From NCBI RefSeq assembly GCF_000039765.1, contig NC_004460.2, positions 1,770,001 to 1,802,000 of the forward strand: a stretch of DNA of 32,000 nucleotides. The letters are read 5' to 3'. This document shows positions 26,524 to 32,000 of the stretch, piece after piece. The notes beneath the pieces are model-generated. The model was not told the origin of the DNA, did not search any database, and saw only the letters and a program-made list of their open reading frames with translations. Origin of the DNA: Vibrio vulnificus CMCP6. GTDB lineage: Bacteria; Pseudomonadota; Gammaproteobacteria; Enterobacterales; Vibrionaceae. Numbering within the stretch: the first letter of the stretch is position 1; every line of letters starts with the position of its first letter. Made by a program: the position numbers and the translations under genes.

Positions 26524-28518
26524 CTAGAGTTTAAATTCGTGAAGTTTACCTTGGACTCGATGCACTTCTGCTTGGTAACCGTTGACGATTTCGTTGAGGT
26601 TGTTCGCATGGCTACCGGTGCGATGTGCAATATCGGCCAAAACATCGACATCTTTGTCGATCGCCTCACTGGCTTTAGACTGCTCAATGGTGGCGTTGGC
26701 AATACTACTGATGTGTTGATTGACCTGCTCGATAGCCGATTCCAGCTTTTCGACACTCTGTTTCACGACATCGACAGAATGGAAAGTTTCATCACTGGCC
26801 TGTTTGCTCTTCGCCATGTTATCCACCGCAGATTTGGTGTTGTCACGAATTTTATCCAGCAGTTTACTGATGCTCTCTGTTGCTTCTTGGCTACGCTGAG
26901 CAAGATCTCTGACTTCAGATGAGACAACCGCGAAACCACGGCCATGTTCACCTGCTCGGGCGGCTTCAATCGCAGCATTGAGCGCCAAGAGGTTGGTTTG
27001 TTCGGATACGGCGTTGATGGTCGCGACGATTTGCCCAATGCTTTGTGTATCGCTTTCCAACTCATGCATGCAATGCTGCGTGGCGTCGATTTGCGCTAGC
27101 AAGCTTTTTACCGAATTAAATGAAAGTGTACTTTGGCTTTGGCACTCCAATACTTGCTGGTTCATATTGTCTGTGTCTTCGGTTGCACGCTCGGCTGAGT
27201 GGGCAATTTCAACGCTGGATTGAGAAAGTTCGGTCATTGCGGTGGCGATATTGTCACATTTTGCGATGGTTTCTTGGCCGCTTGAGTCGAGTTCTCCGGA
27301 AGTTGCGATGATTTGGTTTAGACGTTCTGTGCTGTGATCATTGGTCTCTTTGACATCTTGAATCAAATGACGAATCGCGTGGTTGAGTTGGTTAATGCTC
27401 GCCGCAATAGAGGCAATTTCGTCACGGCCCGTTTGGTCAAGATCGACGGAGAGATCGCAACGTTTAGCCATCTCAGACAACTTGTTTGTTAAGGAGCCAA
27501 CGCGGCTTCTCAAATTGGTGACGGTCGCGATAACGATCCACGCAAACAGGAAAGAAAGCACAGCGGCGCCGATGGTGAGAACATTACGGGTCATGATGGC
27601 ACTGGCCGCGCGTTGTTCTGAAAGGGTGTTCATTTCACCTTGTAACAGATTGCGGACTTGATTAATCAAGGTAATGCGTTCTGTTGCGAGTTTAAACCAT
27701 TCTTGTGACGTTGGACCGTTGATGGCATCGAGCTGCTCAGATTGAGACAGGAAGCTCTTTTGGATGCTTTCCACTTGCTGCCAAACTTGGTTGCGCTCTT
27801 GGTTTTGCAGCTGTTGCTTGAATTGTGGGGGAAGCTCAAGCATAGCGCTGCGCTTCGCATAGTCACCGGAGCTGATGTAGCCTTGGATATTGGCATACAG
27901 AACCGGGGTTGCTTGGCCGCGTGCAAACACACCGTTAAGTGCGCCGCGTACCTGACCTGCTCGCTCCTTCATTATGATGATCGATACAAGAGATTCGCCA
28001 AGTGCACCAAGCTGGTAGTTACCCACTTGTGACAGCATTAAGCGGCTGTTATCGATCGCCAGTTGATTGAGGTTGGAGTAATAACCGAATGGCGCAATGG
28101 TTGGTGCAAGTTTGTCGACTCCGGCTCGGACGTTGTTCAGTTGGCTTAGTTGCTGAGTGATGTCGCTGACCAACATATTGACGAAGGTACTATTTAGCAA
28201 CTCGGGTTTGTAGCTGCGCAACGCGGCGATCGCTTGGTCTGCTTTTCCTCTTTGCTGCCCTAAGGCGGCGACTTGGTCTGGATTGCCTTTGCTGCCTAAC
28301 ACACCAGCGGTGAGTCCCCGTTCTACCGCTAAATTATGGGCTAGGTTGTCAAACAAGATCACCATCTGAATAGCTTCTCTGTCCACTTCTGACATCTTAG
28401 CCTGACGATTGAAATCAAGGATGGTATTGCCAGCTAAGAAAATGGAAATCAGTAAAGGAACTCCAGCCACAATACTCACGATGATATAGAGTTGGAACCG
28501 ACGTAAAAGCGAATGCAT
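26524..28518 (-). CDS. Methyl-accepting chemotaxis protein with an N-terminal NIT (nitrate/nitrite-sensing type) domain
   Basis: 664 aa. After the first TM segment the sensor contains [21 protein letters not shown] and [15 protein letters not shown], both NIT-like. A HAMP domain and the signalling hairpin [32 protein letters not shown] follow. Confidence 0.85.
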   Translation of the reverse strand: MHSLLRRFQLYIIVSIVAGVPLLISIFLAGNTILDFNRQAKMSEVDREAIQMVILFDNLAHNLAVERGLTAGVLGSKGNPDQVAALGQQRGKADQAIAALRSYKPELLNSTFVNMLVSDITQQLSQLNNVRAGVDKLAPTIAPFGYYSNLNQLAIDNSRLMLSQVGNYQLGALGESLVSIIIMKERAGQVRGALNGVFARGQATPVLYANIQGYISSGDYAKRSAMLELPPQFKQQLQNQERNQVWQQVESIQKSFLSQSEQLDAINGPTSQEWFKLATERITLINQVRNLLQGEMNTLSEQRAASAIMTRNVLTIGAAVLSFLFAWIVIATVTNLRSRVGSLTNKLSEMAKRCDLSVDLDQTGRDEIASIAASINQLNHAIRHLIQDVKETNDHSTERLNQIIATSGELDSSGQETIAKCDNIATAMTELSQSSVEIAHSAERATEDTDNMNQQVLECQSQSTLSFNSVKSLLAQIDATQHCMHELESDTQSIGQIVATINAVSEQTNLLALNAAIEAARAGEHGRGFAVVSSEVRDLAQRSQEATESISKLLDKIRDNTKSAVDNMAKSKQASDETFHSVDVVKQSVEKLESAIEQVNQHISSIANATIEQSKASEAIDKDVDVLADIAHRTGSHANNLNEIVNGYQAEVHRVQGKLHEFKL

Positions 28519-28738
28519 AAAACCTCTCTAAGTCATACGAATCTGCGACGTACGACACGCTTACATTAAGAATTTCTAAACAAGTATAGAGTGAGATCAC
28601 GCGCATGATGGATGGTAAAGTGAGATAACGTTGAGTGAATCACACAAATTTTAATCGGATTTATATCAAGCGTTTAAAACGTAACCACAGAGAATAATGC
28701 GTTATTGATAATGAAATTGTTAGCATATTGGTCTGCGG

Positions 28739-28764
28739 TTGCATTATGCAAATGCAATATGCAA
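28739..28764. promoter_or_regulatory. Two adjacent LuxO (bacterial enhancer-binding protein) sites upstream of qrr
   Basis: TTGCATTATGCAA (28739-28751) matches TTGCA-N3-TGCAA perfectly. ATGCAATATGCAA (28752-28764) matches 12 of 13 positions. Both lie about 90-115 nt upstream of the predicted transcription start. Confidence 0.8.
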
Positions 28765-28826
28765 TTTTGTGTGTATAAATACGTCGATTTGATACGGAAT
28801 TCGTGATTTTATGCCCATATTAAACT

Positions 28827-28842
28827 TGGCACGTATTCTGCT
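28827..28842 (+). promoter_or_regulatory. Sigma54 (-24/-12) promoter of qrr
   Basis: TGGCAC-GTATT-CTGCT compares well with the consensus TGGCAC-N5-TTGCW. The GG and GC elements are correctly spaced and place the start near 28853. Confidence 0.85.
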
Positions 28843-28852
28843 TTAGTTAAGG

Positions 28853-28960
28853 TGACCCTTATTAAGCCGAGGGTCACCTAGCCAACTGACGTTGTTAGTG
28901 AATAATGACTTGTTCACACATATATACGGCCAAACACCTGATTGTGTTTGGCCTTTTTTT
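28853..28960 (+). ncRNA. qrr: Qrr quorum-regulatory small RNA (Hfq-dependent, LuxO/sigma54-activated), long Qrr2-4 type
   Basis: A 5' stem-loop (GGTGACCCT/AGGGTCACC) is followed by the invariant Qrr core GGTCACCTAGCCAACTGACGTTGTTAGTGAA (28872-28902). A GTGAA/TTCAC hairpin and a terminator GGCCAAACAC/GTGTTTGGCC plus T7 end at about 28960. No ORF is present. Confidence 0.92.
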
Positions 28961-30482
28961 ATTCCTCTTCAGAACATTTGGCATAACAGCTTGGCTGCCT
29001 TGGACAGACAGCGCCACGAGAACAAATAAGACGAGCAGGGGCTTCGATTCCTCGTTCAATCCATTTGATGTTCAATATTTTTGCGATGGTCTTGAGGTCT
29101 TTTCGCATGTGGAAAGGAATCTCAGCACTTCCGCCTTGTTTGACACATAGGCGTTTCAGTTCTTCCGCAATCTCGAGTGCATCGCCACCTTGGGCATTAA
29201 TCGCAGGGTTAAGGTCGATGCCGGCGCACAACACCCGGTTATTGCCTGCAGGGTCCATCACGTTAATGGATTCACAGCAATATAGCCTTGGCTCATTGCC
29301 CACGTTTAAGATGGAAAGTTGTGCAGAACTGCCATTACGTGGTTCAGATAGGCGGCGAAATACCGCCCAATGCTGGCATGGATCGTTAACCGTTCGCATG
29401 TTTCCCCAAGGCAGAGGGATGCCATTGCCACGATAAACCGCTTTTAACTTGCCCGGGCCATAAGCGTCAAAATAGTGCCAGTGAGGGTAGGGTGACACCA
29501 CCGTCATACGTCGCATGGCGACGGAAGGTGACACGCCCGCTTTCTGATGCACATCGATTTCGTAACCTGAGCGATCAAGCAATTGGCGGAAAGGCACTTT
29601 AGGACAAAGGAGTGCCCCAGCAAAAAAACTGGATTCAAAATCTCGCCAAGCTTGCAGAATGTCTTGTGAATTGAGCTCAGAGGTCGGGTTGAAATCGTCA
29701 TTCTGATCCCAGTTATTTTGGTGACCGATGGAGAGCACGTTTTTCACGTTGTCTGAGCTGTGCAAAATTCGATGACCAATGTACACCGCCAAGTCGTATT
29801 TCAAGCGGGTTGGGTACTCTTTCATCAGATTGTTGAGGTAGATAGTGCCCGGTGGCTCCATAAAAGAGGTGACGAGTTGCTTGGCGTTAACGCCAAGTTC
29901 GTCCACCACATCTTTCGGCGTGCGATTGATCCAACGGATGTCCAAGCCAAGGCTTTTCGCTATGTCGATAAGATCTTCTGCCGATAAATTGAGGCGTTTC
30001 TTGCCAACCTCTTCCGCGGCTCTTTCCAAATCTGGGAAATGGTTTTGATTGGCTTCTTGGTGAGCACGGATTAATAAGTGGGCAAATTGGCGTCCTGTAA
30101 TGCCCGTTTGTGACAGCATTTCGGGAATGGCGATTTGTAAAATGTCGTTGGAGAAAAGAAAGCTGGGCTCTAACGCCATCCCATTTAAGCCACCACGATT
30201 GCCTTTGTTGGGGGTAATCGCTTCTAGCTCGGGTTCATCGTCGAGAAACCAAGCGGGATCTTTTTGAAAAACTTCAGCAATCACTTCTAGCATATCGATG
30301 CTTGGAACGCGTTTTCCCCGTTCGATCATTGATAGGTAGGAAACCGAAGGCGCGTATTCAGGGTTAATACGGATACAGCGCGCAGAAAGGTCTTCCATTG
30401 TTAAGTGGTTATTTTTCCGCAAATTTCTAATTTTTGTCCCCAGAAAATGCGATTGGCGAATCAAGCTTTTTGACACAGACAT
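28959..30482 (-). CDS. XRE-HTH transcriptional regulator with a degenerate ImmA/IrrE-like domain and a Cys-rich C-terminal domain (RamB/PrpR short-chain acyl-CoA regulator type)
   Basis: The N-terminus LGTKIRNLRKNNHLTMEDLS...VSYLSMIERGKRVPS is an XRE HTH. The middle region has YIGHRILH in place of HExxH. The C-terminal third carries conserved Cys (PCQHW, YCCES, VLCAG, CSRGAVCPRQPSCYAKC). At 507 aa it matches the family size. Confidence 0.7.
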   Translation of the reverse strand: MSVSKSLIRQSHFLGTKIRNLRKNNHLTMEDLSARCIRINPEYAPSVSYLSMIERGKRVPSIDMLEVIAEVFQKDPAWFLDDEPELEAITPNKGNRGGLNGMALEPSFLFSNDILQIAIPEMLSQTGITGRQFAHLLIRAHQEANQNHFPDLERAAEEVGKKRLNLSAEDLIDIAKSLGLDIRWINRTPKDVVDELGVNAKQLVTSFMEPPGTIYLNNLMKEYPTRLKYDLAVYIGHRILHSSDNVKNVLSIGHQNNWDQNDDFNPTSELNSQDILQAWRDFESSFFAGALLCPKVPFRQLLDRSGYEIDVHQKAGVSPSVAMRRMTVVSPYPHWHYFDAYGPGKLKAVYRGNGIPLPWGNMRTVNDPCQHWAVFRRLSEPRNGSSAQLSILNVGNEPRLYCCESINVMDPAGNNRVLCAGIDLNPAINAQGGDALEIAEELKRLCVKQGGSAEIPFHMRKDLKTIAKILNIKWIERGIEAPARLICSRGAVCPRQPSCYAKCSEEE

Positions 30483-30664
30483 TTTGTAAAATTCACACTG
30501 TAAAATTTTTGTTGTGAAATTGTAGTAAAAAATTCGCTAGTCTACATACTAAGAGAGCAAGGAAAAGAACCTTCAACTTCACAAATTTGCTTGCAACTAA
30601 AACGTAAGTTTGAAGTATGTGCTCTAAAACAAAATTGTTGTGTGTTATCCAAGAGGACAAGACG

Positions 30665-31237
30665 ATGAATATGCTGACATTCGATAAAAATGAAAACCAA
30701 CAACAACGCCCATTTATCGCTGAAGCTGTATTTGCCGTCGAAGCGGTAAATTCTAATCAGCAAGATGAAAAACAACAAAAAGCGAAACAGCTTCTCGACA
30801 GAATGTTTCCGCTAGAATCTGGCTCACATCAAGACGTAACCAGCTATGTGATCGATTATCGCCACCTGATGGCATATTTTGCAGATGGTTCCCACAGTGG
30901 CCTTCAAGCACCCAAACATTTTGTCGCTTTCACCGGTGAGAAAGAAGATCCTTGCTCTATCTTGCTACGCGATGAATCAGGCAGTCACATTGAAGTGATG
31001 CTGGGTTGCCACAAAGGTACAGGAAGTGTGGAACTTGTCGATATCGATGATATTCAATTGGAAACGCGCACGACCTTTAGCCCTGAATTAACGGGTGATG
31101 CACCAACGGCAATGCGTCATTGGATCAGTCTAGTGAAAGGCGATGTGAATGGTAAGCCAATGGCAAGCAGTGAAGATAAAGAATATACCGCGAAAAGTGG
31201 TGAAGATTATGTACTGAGTTACTGCTATAGCATCTAA
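30665..31237 (+). CDS. Hypothetical soluble protein, function unknown, divergent from the RamB/PrpR-like regulator
   Basis: 190 aa from ATG 30665, with Shine-Dalgarno AAGAGGA 7 nt upstream; the track starts at 30617. The N-terminus is Gln/Glu-rich. There is no TM segment or signal peptide and no family I recognise. Confidence 0.55.
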   Translation: MNMLTFDKNENQQQRPFIAEAVFAVEAVNSNQQDEKQQKAKQLLDRMFPLESGSHQDVTSYVIDYRHLMAYFADGSHSGLQAPKHFVAFTGEKEDPCSILLRDESGSHIEVMLGCHKGTGSVELVDIDDIQLETRTTFSPELTGDAPTAMRHWISLVKGDVNGKPMASSEDKEYTAKSGEDYVLSYCYSI

Positions 31238-31253
31238 ATAAACACACAACTCA

Positions 31254-31296
31254 AGCCCCGAGCATCTCTGTTGATTCTCGGGGCTTTGTTGTTTGT
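31254..31296 (+). terminator. Terminator after the 190-aa gene
   Basis: Stem AGCCCCGAG/CTCGGGGCT with a 14-nt loop, followed by the T-rich TTGTTGTTTGTGTTG. Confidence 0.6.
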
Positions 31297-31396
31297 GTTG
31301 ACGTTGTTTGTTGGCCGTTATCGCTTTTGAGCGCTCAGCATGCAGTATGCCTTTCTGCGGGGACTCGAAGTCTTCTCGCTGCTTTTTTTGCTGTCT

Positions 31397-32000
31397 TTAC
31401 AGTGGCATTACGCGGTTACGACCAAGTTGCTTCGCTTCATAAAGCAGTTTGTCTGCACGTTCGATCAACGATTCTGCGGTTTCGTCTGGCTTCAACTCGG
31501 CAACACCAAATGAAGCACTGATGTTTTCCACTTGCTGGCCAGAGCGTTTATCTTTGACTTTCAGTTTTTCGATAGTGCGGCGCAGTGACTCAGCGTATTG
31601 ACGAGCAATGCGCAGAGATTTATTAGGCACAATCAACGCAAACTCTTCTCCACCAAATCGATACGCTGCAATGCCTTCACGGCAACTTGTTTGCAGTCGT
31701 TTGGCAATCGCGCGAATCACCGAATCGCCAAACAGGTGGCCATAGTTGTCGTTGAAGGTTTTAAAATGATCGATGTCGAGCAAGATAAGGCTTAGGTTTT
31801 GCTGGGCATTCACGAGTGCCTTGAGATCACTATCGAACGCGCGGCGATTGTAAAGCGTGGATAATCCATCAAAGAGAGCGTCTCTTTGCACTTCCGCTAA
31901 CTGCTCTTTCAAGCGAGAGATTTCGTTGCTCGCGTTATTGAGTTGGCTAGTGAGGAAACGGGTGGAGTGGCGGATCTCGCGTGACTCTGTCACCAGTTCA
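31397..32000 (-). CDS. GGDEF-domain diguanylate cyclase (GGEEF active site); the 5' end lies outside the window
   Basis: A coiled-coil linker is followed by LSTLYNRRAF, DIDHFKTFNDNYGH and RFGGEEFAL. The frame stays open to position 32000 upstream of the in-frame GTG. No RxxD I-site precedes GGEEF (the sequence there is CREGIAAYRF). Confidence 0.85.
   Translation of the reverse strand, partial: ELVTESREIRHSTRFLTSQLNNASNEISRLKEQLAEVQRDALFDGLSTLYNRRAFDSDLKALVNAQQNLSLILLDIDHFKTFNDNYGHLFGDSVIRAIAKRLQTSCREGIAAYRFGGEEFALIVPNKSLRIARQYAESLRRTIEKLKVKDKRSGQQVENISASFGVAELKPDETAESLIERADKLLYEAKQLGRNRVMPL

Noticed and set aside
1-32000. Search for CRISPR arrays, integron attC (VCR) repeats, IS elements, toxin-antitoxin pairs and known defence-system gene combinations.
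   Set aside because: I saw no regularly spaced direct repeats, transposase- or integrase-like ORFs, or nuclease/ATPase/helicase operons. The GNAT is RimJ/L-like and has no small antitoxin partner.

Overview
The window looks like a Vibrio chromosome segment. That assignment rests on an unmistakable Qrr quorum-sensing sRNA, and the context resembles V. cholerae-clade chromosome 2, which I cannot verify without a search. I call about 29 protein genes, one tRNA and one sRNA. The window is rich in signalling genes: a partial cheV, two tandem dCache-type chemoreceptors, a NIT-domain chemoreceptor, two GGDEF diguanylate cyclases (one partial), and a Qrr sRNA with its LuxO sites and sigma54 promoter. 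The housekeeping and accessory genes are:
- ppiC, a universal stress protein and a GH13 alpha-amylase
- an acyltransferase-3 plus O-antigen-ligase-like pair preceded by 700 bp of AT-rich DNA
- YjiH-family, YoaK-family and GFA-family genes and an M23 peptidase
- a HAD phosphatase and an overlapping membrane-protein plus spermidine-synthase-like pair
- an HIBADH-type dehydrogenase, nupC, an AlkB-like dioxygenase and tRNA-Leu(GAG)
- an orphan MSHA-like pilin, a GNAT and several unknown proteins
- an XRE/ImmA-like/Cys-rich (RamB/PrpR-type) regulator facing an uncharacterised 190-aa gene

No CRISPR array, transposase, integrase, integron repeat or recognisable defence system was seen. The items most worth follow-up are:
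- the Qrr locus and its overlap with the convergent regulator gene
- the RamB/PrpR-like regulator with its unknown partner and three phased repeats
- an orphan plus-strand terminator that suggests an unannotated sRNA
- the three genes abutting the tRNA
- the split MFS/spermidine-synthase-like pair

All calls come from reading the sequence and recalling protein families; nothing was searched or computed.
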